Assembly (NCBI RefSeq): GCF_009834535.1
Contig: NC_045704.1
Location: 51,336,001-51,400,000, forward strand
DNA from: Camelus ferus
Taxonomy: Eukaryota
DNA: 64,000 nt
Direction: 5' to 3'
Part shown: positions 49,224-61,968 of the stretch, piece by piece
How the letters are laid out: every line of letters starts with the position of its first letter
How positions within the stretch are numbered: position 1 is the first letter of the stretch
The notes under the pieces: generated by a model
What the model saw: the letters and a program-made list of their open reading frames with translations, nothing else
Database searches by the model: none
Told to the model about the DNA's origin: nothing
Made by a program: the position numbers and the translations under genes

Positions 49224-50340
49224 CAGTTCAAAATGGATGAAGTTTGGAGGGCAAGGAGGGGAGAAGTAAGGGATGAGATGGGAGGTGGGCAGGTGCCACA
49301 CAACCAAGGGACATGCCTGGTTGTGGTGTTCAGAGTTCTTCTTGGGTCAGGGAACTTCTAGGATGTTTCAACTCTTTCCCATGTCCTATTTCTCACACGG
49401 ACCCCCTAAAATCTCTCTCCAGTGGCTTACCAGGCTATAAACAACTCCATCTCCTTGTGAAGGCTGCAGCTGTGATGTTGACCTTCCACACTTTGGCAAC
49501 TGGAAAAGCTCTCATGGTAAAGTTGATCCATCGTTCCCAGGTCCTTGGGCCAAAAGACCTAATGGAGAAAAATGAACAGACTGCTGTACTTTGTACAGGA
49601 CCTGTGACAAGCCACACACCACCAGGTTCTTCCCAGAAGCCTGCATGAAAACAGACACCGAGCTCAGCAAACAGAGGTCAGCACTCCCAGCAGGCTGATG
49701 GTGGGGAAGGAGAACAGGCATGCCAATTTGGGGGGCTGGGGTGACACCCCGAGGAAGACTCTCAGCACAGATTTATGAGACCCGATCTCTGCGGATCTTG
49801 GCAGACACTCAGAGGCCAAGGCTTCCTGACGAGGAAGGTTCCTCAGCAGTAACTCCAGCTTGGGAGGGTTTTTCAACACGACCAGCAGGCAGGCTGCCCT
49901 TCTCCTCACACTTTAAAACTTTCAAAAAAGAAATGTTACACTCCAGTCTTGAGAAGGCTAAACTATCCAAAGTGGCTGTTCTGCAACGTATACAGAGAAC
50001 AGGGTCGCTGGGTTGAAGGCAAGGCTTATGGAGTTTTCTTTTTTCTCATATTCCCAGTACCTTCAACATAGTGGGTGCCTGATGAATGGGGGTGGGGGCA
50101 GGCAATGAAATTATAATCTCTATGGGAGCATAAAAAATGTCTGGCCCATCTTTATTTTTCACAGCTCTAATCACCACTGATAAAAATATATGGTATCCAA
50201 AGATCTATGGAGTAATTATCCTCAAAGTAGGTCATGCTGTATTTGTGCTCATTTGGAAAAGAGCAGGGCAAACTGGAAAAGACTGTCCTAGGGAAGGAGA
50301 CAGTAACAAGTCTGAGCCTCAGAGAGGTCTATAAGATAAA

Positions 50341-50378
50341 CACACACACAACACACACACAGACACACACACACACAC
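50341..50378. repeat. Interrupted (CA)n microsatellite
   Basis: Read directly. Confidence 0.95.
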
Positions 50379-53160
50379 TGAAGTCACGCATTATTCAAGT
50401 GTAAGGTTTTGAAGTCACCACAGAAATAACAAATCCTTTCTGATATAACATTACCCTTGAAAGACTTCCTCAAGAAGAAAGAAAAGAGGAAAGCGTGACT
50501 AAGAGGGGAAATAATGTTGTCATGCAGCCCAGGATGATATCCAGGCTTGGAATTGATATGTTGCTGACTATTAGGGAGCAGGGTCCTGGGATGACAGTGG
50601 GGGGGGGGGGTCGGAAGGTTCTACTAGATTCTTCCATGCTGCCCAACCAAACTTCAGGAGAGGAGATGGGTTTCAGGAGTTGCCACTGCATGTTTCCCAG
50701 TTTCCACTGATGACCACACACACAACAAAGTGGATGTAGCCTGTTTAATAAAAAAAAAATCTAGAAGTTTCTCTAATTAAAAACCAAAGATAGTCGAGAA
50801 ATTATTCCTTTTGTTACCCTATAGAACAGCCTTTGAAGGGAGGTTATGTTTGGCTGACTCTGGGGGTTCTAGAATCTACCTGACCCTCTCATCAGGAAAC
50901 ATACAGAAAGTTCTGCATTTAATTTCAGGGGTTCATAGTCCCCTGGAAGTGTGACCATGGATGACTGTCCTCTAGAAGGAAAAGGTTTGCTAAGTAAATT
51001 AACTGGGCATAGCAATCACTTTTTGAAGGACGTAAAGCTCTTGCCTCTAAACTTCTCCTAAATAGTTTTGTTTCTAATGGCTAAGTTCCCATTTTGATAA
51101 AGTTACTAAAAAACTTATTGAATGATGTCAAAGAGTCACCTCTGGATTGCCATTCTTCACCAATGTTTCATAATGAGTAAGTCTACAGGAGAAGTTTCAG
51201 AGAACTGAAAGGTTACACTGGTTTCTCCCAGGGTGAACTTGGACAAGCCATTTCCCTTCTCAAAGTACAGTTTCTTCATCAGTAAAATGAAAGGATTGTG
51301 CCATATAATCTCTAACGCTCCTTCCTGCTCATCAGAGAATGAACGCTTACAATCCAGACCCTCCAGAAATTCTGATAAGTCTTCCCTGGAGAGACATCAA
51401 TAGTTAAAATTTGATGTTTCTGTGAGCAGAAGAGCAAAATCTTTCTGCAGACAAAGCAAGAATGAACAGCGGCTCTGTTTCGAAGGAGAACAGAAAATAA
51501 ACGAGTCGTCTCATTTTTCCCCTCAGCCTCTCCTTTGAGAATTGAAAGCTATTCTGGAGTTTAAAAACTCCTCAAAAATGATCAATGCTGGCAGAAAATT
51601 AACTATAATAAACTGCAAAGATCTCTCAAAGCCCCTGAGGAGAAGGCAGAAGCAGGTTCCTTTTGGTTCTTTGTTCACTTCATCCCTCCTCCTCTTGATG
51701 ATTACTTTTCTTGGAGGATGAAGCGTGGCCAGGATGGTGTAGGAAGCAAGGAAGAAAAGGTGAGTCATCATTTGTTGGTGATTACTCCAGGCGAGGAATT
51801 GTGCACATGTTATTTCATTCCTCAATGGAATTCATTTGAATGATGAGGAAACAGAGACTCACTGGTGAACAGGAAACTTGCATCAAATGATCCAAATAAA
51901 GAACATCAGGACAGAGAGGTCAGCCCATGTCTGTCTATCCCTGAATCCCATGTACGTTTCAATATACCAGGCTACCTCCGTAAAGAGCTGATGCGTGACC
52001 TCCACAAAGAAGTTTCTACATCTGAAAGCAAAGATGACCTAATGTGTAACACATGACTCAGATCTGGAACATCCGGCACTACCCAGGGGGCCACAGGTGA
52101 TAACTGCAAAGACAAAAACAAGGGATGATGCTGAAAACCACATCGCTGGAGGAACAGACAGCATCCCTCAATGACAAAGTAGATAGGGAAGGTGAGGACA
52201 CTGGGCCAGCCTTTTTCAGGAACGAGCTATGAATCTTGAATGACCACTTAACACATCTCAACCAGGCTCCTGTATCATTAGACCACTTCCTCACAGGGCT
52301 TTGTGATAATCAGAATAATATATGCAGAGACACATTCGAAAGAACAAAGTCATGCTTTATGTCAGGTTTGAGAATTTTTAACATATATTCTGGATCATTA
52401 GTACCAGCCCAAAGCAACTAACCAGATGGTTAACTAGCCTAGCGATAATTCACTTTTGGTTATGTCTGCATTACCATACTTACTAAAGAATGTAACAGGA
52501 AATTAAAATACAAGCAGCTTCCAGGTACTGTTCCATTTGAACAGCCATGTCTCCTGACTAATTAGAGCCCCAATCATGAGTTTCTAGTTTCACCCAGGAG
52601 ACTGAAACTTCTCTTTATTTCAGTGTGAACTTCTTTTAGCCTCCCTCATATCTCTCTTCAATGCCTGGTTTCCAAACATCGAACTGCAGTAAGAATTTAG
52701 AGTTAAGAGCTCCCTATCACTTAGCTAATAAGCAGTGTTATTATTCAAACGGAGGTCTGCTTGACTTAAAAGGTGATGCTTTTTCCACAAATGCTACCCA
52801 GCCTCCTAGAGCAACAAAGACCAAACATGAGAAATAAAGCTTGAAATTCCACTTGTCTGATTAATACAGAGTGCCTATCTGGAGATTTATGTTTGTTTTT
52901 CTACTAAATAAATGGTTACATTTCCCCAGCCAAGAATACATCGGACTAATTAATAACAGCTCTCTTTCAAAGTCTACTATGTAGAAAAAGTTCTATCCCC
53001 AGGGACCAATCCCTCACCAAGGCCCTGGATAGACCATCTCAAGAGTTCCTCATTAAGAGACCCCTGGAAGCAACCTCACATCGACATACTATTGGCCATT
53101 CACACCTTAGCAAAGATTTGCACTGGTGAATTATCAAGCAGAAAACAGTATGAAATGAAT

Positions 53161-53257
53161 GGAGGAGGAAAGGGAAGGAGGAAGGCAAGAAGGAGGAAGG
53201 AGAAAGGAAAGGAGAGGGGGTAGGAGGCCAGTAGGAAAAGGAAGGGAAGGAAAGAAA
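53161..53257. repeat. Polypurine (GA-rich) low-complexity tract
   Basis: ~95 nt almost pure G/A on the + strand. Confidence 0.9.
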
Positions 53258-53344
53258 TGTTGAGAGTCCCCTATTTTCAAGGTACTTGCTAGGTAATGTA
53301 GACATGGCTTCACTTAACATCTTCACTTCACTTAACACCCCAAC

Positions 53345-54845
53345 ATCTTCCTTCCTTCCTGTTTGCAGTTAACTCTCTTAACCCCAGATTCCGGCAATTC
53401 CTCATCTGACTTCTCACTATACAAATTCACCTTTTCTGGACACCTCCCATAAATGAAATTGTATGATATGTAGCCATTTGCATCAGACTTTTTTCACGTA
53501 GTGTACTGTTTTTGAGTTTCACTCACGTTGTAGCCTAAGTAATCATTCTTTTTCTCTGTTTGAACAAAATTCCATTACCTAGATATTCCACATTTTGTTT
53601 ATCCATTCATCTGTTGATGAATTGTTTCCATGTTTTTGGCGATTACTAATAAAGCTTCTGTGAACATTTATGTACAAGTCTTTGCCTTTCTCTTGGGTAA
53701 ACGTCTCGGGGTAGAATTGCTGGGTTGTATGGTCTGTGAATGTGTAACTTTTCAAGAAACTGCCAAACAGTTCCCAAAAGGAGTTGCACCATTTGACCTT
53801 CCCATTGGCGATGCATGATGATTCCAGTGGCTTCACATTTTGGTCAACACTTGTTCTTGCCAGTGCTCTTAATCTCAGACATTCAGTGGGTGGGCAGTCA
53901 TGTCTCTTTTTGGCTTTACTTTGCATTTTCCTGATTACTAGTGTGTTGACCTCTTTTCATACACGTATTGACCATTCACATATCTTGTTTTGTGAAGTGT
54001 CAGTTCAGATCTTTAGTCCATTTTTAAAACTTAGGTTATCCAGCTTCTTATCATTGAGTTCTAAGAGTTCCTAAATTTTCTGGTCACCAGTTCTTCGTCA
54101 GATATGTGTATTACAATATTTTCTTCAAGTCTGTGGCTTACTAATTTTTCTTATCAAAGAGCATGCTTTTTTTATTTTAATAACATTCAGATCATCTTTT
54201 CTAAAAATATGTGGTTTATTATTTTTATCCCTTATTTAATAAAACTTTATTTACCCACAGGTCACAAAGATGTTCTCTTACCTATTGTCCTCTAGCTTTT
54301 GGGTTTACATTTGATTTTGTGATTCTAATTAATTTTTGTATATGGTGTGAGGTAAGGGTCAAGGGTTTTATTTAGTTTTTTCCTTATTAGGATACCCAAC
54401 AAATGGTGTACCCTCATTGTTTTTTTGAAAAGGATATCTTTTCTCCATTGAATTACCCTAGTAATTTCAATTGTGTGGATCTCTTTCTGGATTCAGCATT
54501 ATATCTGATCAGTGTTATGTCTATCTTTATGCTAATCCTACACAGTCTTGATCATCATAGCTTTTTAGTAGTTCTTTAAATAATGTCATATAAGTCATGA
54601 AGCTTTGTTCTTCTTTTTCAAAATTACTTTGGCTATTATGGGTACTTTGTATTTTCATACCATAAAATTATAAAGTCAACTTGTCAATTTCCCTCCACCC
54701 CCCTAAAATTAAAAAGCCTTCTGGGATTTTGATTTGAATTGCATTGAATCTGTCAATCAATTTGAAGAGATGTAAACTGGAGAGAGCCTCAAAATACTGA
54801 ATTTTTCAATTCATGACTATATATAATATCTCTTTATTTTATTCA
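53345..54845 (-). mobile_element. Old L1M (MB/MC-type), ORF2 3' part plus 3' UTR
   Basis: tttatccattcatctgttgatg; ORF-track peptide at 53579-53926 ends DEWINKMWNI, a remnant of the L1 ORF2 DEWIKKMW motif. Confidence 0.88.
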
Positions 54846-56099
54846 ATTATCTTTTTAAGAACCTGGATTACATTCTGATTTAGACTTCAGTCTAAAGGAT
54901 ATGTAAAGGATCACTGAGCCCGAAGACTTCACTTTGTATGTAATAAACAATGTGTTTTTTGGGTTGAGTGCCCAGTCTTCCTTTTTCAACCTACTGGCCA
55001 AAGAAAATAATTTGATTATCAGCCCAGTATCCTCTTCCCTTCTTTCTCATCAGAGGTTAATTTGAGCTAAATGATAAAGTGCTGAAAGGAAAGAGTTAGG
55101 AAGAAAGAAATGCTGAGTATATCTGGGGTAGAAGAGGCTTCTTCCCCTACAGTGCTTGCTTTCCTTCATGTACACACATAGACCCCAACCAGGGGAGTTA
55201 AGAGAAAGATGCTAATGTGTACAAGGAAAGTGAGTGAAAGAGGAAACAGGATTAAGAAATATAATTGTGGGCTGTGTATGTGGGTCCTCTTCAGTGTTCT
55301 TCAACTGATGCCAGTAATGCCAGTTCACATGATGAACTGTGATTCCTGAAGGTGGTGCTGCCATGAGACTGAACCATATGGGCTTCTGTATTGGAAAGGG
55401 CCCCATACAGATGAGGGAATTAGAGCTCAGCAGAAGTCTGACTTGACTTGACAGTCAAGCAAAATATAGCAGAGTCAGATCTAAGTCCCAGGCTGCCCTC
55501 ATTATAAGCAGAAGTTGGAAGCCTGGTCCTCACCCTTCACAAGTTGCCCTCTCACCAGCCCTGCGCAGAGTTATGCTTACACAGTGCAACATAGCACGCA
55601 TCACAGGATCCTTACAGTACCTGGGTAGCACTATTTTCATGATAAGTGTCTACAGACCAGGCTGACAGGCAGCAGGCACTGATCTGTCTGTTCTGGTTGT
55701 TTAGGTATTGACACATTTCTACATGTGATGGAAACCAAGTGGTTTAATAAACAACCATTTCCTCCAAGGCTTTTCCCCACACTACAGAGCCTCTAGCTGC
55801 TCCAGTTGCCCCAGACAGCATCTCCATGTGACCCAGAAACCAAGGGGTTAAAGCTTGGCACAGATGGCCCCATTTCCGCCCCCAGGGATGTGACCTTCAT
55901 CCATTCTGATTGATGCCCGTGTCATACCAGTTGTCAAATATTTTAAACATCACCACTTTTACGGAAATGTTTTGGAAGACATTTGATTTCACAGTACCCA
56001 TTTCCTGGATATCTCTGGCCCATGTTTTCTTTTCTATCTTACAGACACCACTTCTTACCTAGAATATAAATGAGCTGCTCATGGTTATGGAAAACATAT

Positions 56100-56270
56100 C
56101 AGCCACTATCATTTATTAAGTACCTACTGTATTCCGACTCTTGATGGGCATATCATTTAGTCCCCTAAGAAACCTACCGAGTGGGCATTTTTGCCCTCAT
56201 TTTTATAAGAGCCTCAGGCTCTTATAAAATATAAATACAAATAACGTCCTCAAAAGCCAACATCTGGGGC
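56100..56270 (-). mobile_element. MIR containing a perfect palindrome
   Basis: catttattaagtacctact...; palindrome at 56201-56229. Confidence 0.7.
56201..56229. repeat. Perfect 14-bp inverted repeat with 1-nt spacer
   Basis: TTTTATAAGAGCCT c AGGCTCTTATAAAA. Confidence 0.97.
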
Positions 56271-56760
56271 CCTTTCAGTTGGAGTCTTTCCATGTCTCAC
56301 TGTCTCTTCTGATCTGAGTAATGGAAGCTCTTTAAAAATAAATGCTCAATGAAAAATGCGAGAACCATTCTCAACTATTCCAATTCACTAAGAAAAAAAT
56401 GCTAACCACTTCTCATTGTAAGATGTCATCTTTAATGGGTTTACCAATTCATGATAAAAAACATGAAAACATCCAGACTTCTGGCAAAAGCCAGGCTTCT
56501 CACTACGGTGGGGACGGGAGTCACACGTGCTGGGAATGTGGAGTCACCCCCTTCCAGCACTGCACGAATAAAATCATTCACTTTTACACTCCCACTCTTA
56601 CCTTCGTGCCTTTTATTTATATTCTCAGCCATCATTTTTTCATGCTTTTACACTCTCTTGTTATAAAATAATACAGAGATTTAATAGAGACAGGCTTTGT
56701 CACAGTAAGAGGGCTGGATTTAGTGGTTTCTGGGGGGGAATTATTTGGGATAACTAATTG

Positions 56761-57092
56761 NNNNNNNNNNNNNNNNNNNNNNNNNNNNNNNNNNNNNNNN
56801 NNNNNNNNNNNNNNNNNNNNNNNNNNNNNNNNNNNNNNNNNNNNNNNNNNNNNNNNNNNNNNNNNNNNNNNNNNNNNNNNNNNNNNNNNNNNNNNNNNNN
56901 NNNNNNNNNNNNNNNNNNNNNNNNNNNNNNNNNNNNNNNNNNNNNNNNNNNNNNNNNNNNNNNNNNNNNNNNNNNNNNNNNNNNNNNNNNNNNNNNNNNN
57001 NNNNNNNNNNNNNNNNNNNNNNNNNNNNNNNNNNNNNNNNNNNNNNNNNNNNNNNNNNNNNNNNNNNNNNNNNNNNNNNNNNNNNNNNNNNN
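56761..57092. other. N-gap (332 nt)
   Basis: Run of n. Confidence 0.98.
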
Positions 57093-58054
57093 GGAGGGTT
57101 CAGATCTGTTTTCCACTGATAAATCTTTCTGTCCCATAAGGATTAAAGGAACCCAAGGCTTTCATATGTAAAACTAATACATGATCGCCTGTGTGTATAT
57201 GTCCTCATGATCAAAGAGCTCTTGGCCAACTGGGAATGCCTCAAAGAGATAATAAGTAATTTGTTCACTGCAAACATTACAATTATCTATCCCTCTACAA
57301 AGTACTGAGAATAAATTCTCTAATCAGGGTTAATTAGCATCCTTGTTGCTTTGGGTTGAGCTGACTAGTTCTCTTAAAGGCACATGAACGTAAAAAATTA
57401 CATGCCTTTTCTGAGCCAACTTCTTAAACTCTTTCAAAGTTGGTTGGAGTAACTGCCCACTAACTAGCTTCAACCCATTTACTTCCATTTGATGAAATCA
57501 GCTGAACCAAATTCACTGAGATCTTCCTCCATATTCACTTACTCTTCTGTGCTTTCATTGGCTGCTCCCCACTCTGGGCCAGTCGCCTTTTTGAGGGCTT
57601 AATGCCCTTAAATTCACAATCCAGCACGGAGCACCATAAAGAGGAATGAGCATACGTGCTCTGGGAGCCGAAAGAGAAAAGGAGGGGATGGAAATGGCAT
57701 CCAAGAGGTGACATCCAAGGTTGGTTTGGAAGAATGAGTAGGAATTTGGCAGGTCACTAAGAGGAAGAAGGGCGTTTCAGGAACACAAACAACATAGCCA
57801 TGTGAAATAATAATAACCACCACAAACATTTATAAAGGGCAATGTACCAATGCTCTGCATACTCTCATTCATTTACTCTTCATCCAAAATGCTATAATAT
57901 AGGTTCTAGTATTATTCCTTGGTAAAGATGAGGAAACAGAGGGTGGAGAAGATGAAGTAACTAAACAGGACACAGAGCTGGTAAGACGTAAAGTCAAGTC
58001 TGAACGCAGACCACCTGACTCTAGGGTCTGTATGCTATACCAACTAGACATGCG

Positions 58055-58068
58055 CACACACACACACA

Positions 58069-58113
<45 letters not shown>
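58055..58113. repeat. Compound (CA)8(CT)21 microsatellite
   Basis: Read directly. Confidence 0.97.
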
Positions 58114-58116
<3 letters not shown>

Positions 58117-59413
58117 AAATATTCCTCTTCAAAGGTGTCATGGTCTGTTGGGGTAGATGAGGCCTAGACACATTTAACTTTTCCTGCACTTAATATGTTT
58201 TCTGCATCAAAGAGCTCTACAAAGAAAATGCAACAACCACTGGGAAGACGAAGAGATCTGTTCCATAGGAAAGGTCAGGGAGACGCTTCACTGGGGCAAG
58301 AGCTTGATGCTGAAGAATGCAGCTGGCCACCCAATGCCTCACTTTGTTTAAAAACAAGAAACAACATATGGACATACTTCCCACAGCACCTGATGCATGG
58401 TAAGGGTCTGACTTAGGGGCCATGTCTCCCCTCATCCCTCCAAGCCAGCCTCCTCCATCAGACTTTCCAAAGCCCTCCCATTTGAGATGCTCCATCTAGT
58501 CTTTCGTGCTACGTGGGACGTGAAGGGTAAAAGGGGATTGTGATTATTTTTTCATATAATTGCACTAATAGTAATGAATAACTCGAGTAGACTGTTCTCT
58601 GCTCTCTCACTCATATGAATAAAGCCTGGATTAAAGAAAAGTTTATTCAGATTTGCCTTCACAATTATGTCTAGTTCAGAATCACGTTCTCACAGCAACA
58701 GTCCTGCCCCTGAGGAGGAGCTATTATCATATTAGTCATCTGTTTTTTCAATGCTATTTTCTCCTTTCATCCTTCCGACAACCCTCCAAAACATGCACTT
58801 TTATCTCCACTTAACAAATGAGAAAACTGATGGCTAGAGTGACTTGTTCATATTCACATACTCCCAGTACTTGTTACAAGAGAGACAAGATTTGAACTCA
58901 GACCTTCTTTTTTTTTTTTTAACTCTGGATTCACAATGTTAACCATTCCTTCTTAAGAAGTTCTCCACCTGTTTTAAATGAATGGAGAGTGGCAAAACCC
59001 AGGCCATTTTCCCTTTAGTTATTCTAGGACAACAGGGGTCCAGACAAACTGTGGATTAAGAAGTCTTGATATCAAGTCCCAAAAGTACATGATAAACGCA
59101 AACTGTCACAGCATGTGCCTTCTCCAAGGATTAGTTTCCCAGCGTATAAACTGGAAGTAATACCATCCTTGTCACAAATACAGGTAACAATGAAGGGAGA
59201 TGGTGTCTATGAACAGGCTTTTAAAATCACCCAAGTAGTTTTACCATCCTTATAAAAAAAAAAAAAAAAAGATAAATGACTAGAATTTTGGAGCCGGCTT
59301 CTGGCCAAGTACTCATCTTTGTTCCCTGTTTTCTTCAAGTGGAAAGTGGTGGTTTGAGCTAGGCGGTTGTTAAACTTCTTGTCCAACAGGGGAAGTCTTT
59401 ATGCAAGGAAAAG

Positions 59414-59446
59414 CTTATATAAAAGCCTAACACGTGACATAGGTCA
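59414..59446 (-). promoter_or_regulatory. Candidate TATA promoter with USF/TFE-type E-box and nuclear-receptor half-site
   Basis: Minus strand reads TGACCTA-T-GTCACGTG-ttaggcttt-TATATAAG; TATA also perfect on + (TATAAAAG 59418-59425). Confidence 0.45.
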
Positions 59447-59769
59447 ATCCTCTGTGCTTGCCTATGAAGCTTCTCTAAAACCCTGGACATGTCGGTCAGA
59501 CTTAGACAACCCTTCGTCTCAACAGTCTTTGACATTCTAGGACCCAGTGATCCCATGCTGGAGGCCACCTGCGCAGAACAGCAGCAGTGGATCCAAAAGA
59601 AACGCCATCTGAACACTGCTTGACACCTCAGCTCTCCCATAGCTCTGCAAGACCTGCTCGCTGTGACGACGAATTATCCAAGTTGAGTGCCGGCCACCGT
59701 GGGCTCCCTAAGGGATTCTCAGGTCCCACTCTTTCCAAGTGTAGAGGCCCGATGGCATTTTTACATTGC

Positions 59770-60484
59770 TGACCCACCAGCCTTCCTACATGGTCATCGT
59801 GGATTCTTCTGTTTCCTTTGCCCTCTAGTTTAATCAAGCCATCATATATCTTGTATCTATCTTTTCACCTCCAACATATATCCTGAATCCTGCTACTTCT
59901 CTCCACCTCTACTGTCATTTTCCAAAGCCAGGACAGTTCGCTTTCTCCAGACAATAGATAATAATAACTTGCTCCCTCCTTGCTACTCTCCATACAGCAT
60001 CAAAGGAATAAGCTCTTAGATAAAATTGAAATTCCTAACTATGGGCTTCAAGATCCACTTGACCACTGGGCTACAGCCATATTGGCTGCCCCTGGCTCAC
60101 AGGCCACGCTCTTTCCTCTCTCCAGCCTTTGCATATATCCTTCCTTTTGTTTGGATTATTTTTCTCTCATCTTTTTGCTGGTTCACTCCTCTGCTTCAGT
60201 CCAAATCAAATAAATGTTCTTCCTCACAGGAATCTTCCCTGAAGATCCTTTCAAGTTCTTCTCACCTATTGTGTAACCTGCATACTCCATCCATAACTCT
60301 AATCACACTCTGTCTCTATTGGTTTGCTTGTTTGGCATCTGATCTACTCATCCAAGGATAAGTCCCATGAAAGTAAAAGAGCCTTATTTTTTTCATTAAC
60401 CGTTATAACTTCAGTGCTTGAAGCAGTATCTGGGGCCTAATAGGTGCTTACTAACTATATGATAAAAAAATGAATGAATGAATG
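59770..60484 (+). mobile_element. L2 3' ~700 bp
   Basis: tacttctctccacctctactg...ataagtcccatgaaagtaaaag...atgaatgaatgaatg tail. Confidence 0.8.
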
Positions 60485-60535
60485 TTCTAAGCATTTGAGT
60501 TGATGAGATTCTAAATATACCTACAAAGAATCTCT

Positions 60536-60900
60536 ATCTCAGAGAAAGACATACCATATTATACCACGTATATGTGAAACCAAAAAAAAAAAAAAAAAAG
60601 ATACAAATGAACTTGTTTACAAAATAGAAAACAAACTATGGTTACCAAAGGGGAAATGGATGAGGGGAGAATAAATTAGGAATTTGGGATTAACAGATAC
60701 ATATGACTGTATACGACAGAGATAAACAAGGATCTCCTGTATAGATAGCCCAGGCAACCATATTCAATATCTCATAACAACTCATAATGAAAAAGAATCT
60801 GAAAAAATAATATATATGTATATGTATAACTGAATCACTCTGCTGTACACTTGAAACTAACACAACGTTGTAAATCAACTGTACTCCGACTAAAAAAAGA
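60536..60900 (+). mobile_element. L1 3' end (L1_Art-like) with 11-bp TSD
   Basis: gatacaaatgaact...ggttaccaaagggg...aactaacacaacgttgtaaatcaac; TSD aaagaatctct at 60525-60535 and 60901-60911. Confidence 0.92.
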
Positions 60901-61751
60901 AAAGAATCTCTGCCTTCATATAGCCCTTTCAGCCTATTCTGTGCCCCTGGTTTGGGGCAGCAGTCTCGGGACCTTCCTTGATCTAACAGGGATGCACAAA
61001 GCTCTTACCCAGAACCCCTGTGTTACACTGCAGGTGCACTTGCCTATTCTGGGGGCTCATTCCAACGCAGACCCTCCCAACCTGATTCTCCACTTCGGGA
61101 CACAGAAAAGCCCTGTGTGGGCTTTCGGAAGTATTGCTAGACATGCTCAAATCCAGGCTTTACCAATTTTTTTCCAATTTTCTGAAGAGTCATCTAAGTT
61201 ATATATTCATCAAAGTTATCTGAAATTATATGTACACATTTGTTTTGGAGCTACTGTAAAACTGGAGTGTAATTTGAGCATGTGAATAATTTCTACATGG
61301 CTTTACCAGAATAGAAGAGATGAATGTATTGTCACTCTCTCTTTTGGGTTAACAACCTAACATTATGTTGCCAGACAAGGGACCCATTGATGCAACCCCT
61401 TAGGATTTGCAAAAGCCTTTCAAATGCATTGTTTTATTTCCTATTTACAGTGGATTATGAGTCAGGCATACGGATGCAGTGATTATTACCTCCAAGTTAC
61501 AGAAAAGGAAGTTTAGTTTCTGAGAGATCAGGAAAACTGCTAGAGATTTTGCAGTTAAAAGATGGGGGCACCCATTCCAAAGGTAGTATTGTTTCCACTG
61601 TACCACACTGCCTTACCCAATCAACCACTGCCCAGGAGAAATAATCTGACACGCAGACCCTAACCATGGAAGTCCAGCTTACCAGCAACCCTGAGGGTTC
61701 TTAGTGCTGCTCCTACTAACTCAAAATGGTAGAGGACACAGGAGCTTAGAC

Positions 61752-61968
61752 CAGTGGTTCTTGACCAAGGATGATTTTGCACCCCTGGGAACATTTAGCA
61801 ATGTCTGGGGACATTCTGTTGTCACAACTGGAGAGGGCATTGCTACTGGCATTTAGTGGGCAGGGGTCAGGAATGCTGCTAAAAATCCTATAATACATAA
61901 GATAGCCCCCTTACAATAAAGAATTATTTGGCCCAAAATGTCAACAGTATTAAAGCTGAGAAATTCTG
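61752..61968 (+). mobile_element. MER20, full length
   Basis: cagtggttcttgacc...gcaatgtctggggacatt...ggcccaaaatgtcaacag. Confidence 0.9.

Noticed and set aside
52109-52167. Hairpin gggatgatgctg...cagcatccc as snoRNA or miRNA
   Set aside because: Stem only ~9 bp with a large loop; no box D or H/ACA architecture
21828-57092. N-runs hiding a special feature
   Set aside because: Two sit inside or next to ordinary repeats (L1 3' UTR; GATA microsatellite in MLT2B), typical of assembly gaps; contents cannot be assessed
56658-57385. Possible ERV solo LTR spanning the third gap
   Set aside because: Starts TG and has AATAAA and a CA end, but no TSD or family match that I can recognise, and 332 nt are missing
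57619-57635. REST/NRSE-like tccagcacggagcacc
   Set aside because: Half-site spacing and right half do not fit the consensus; inside L2
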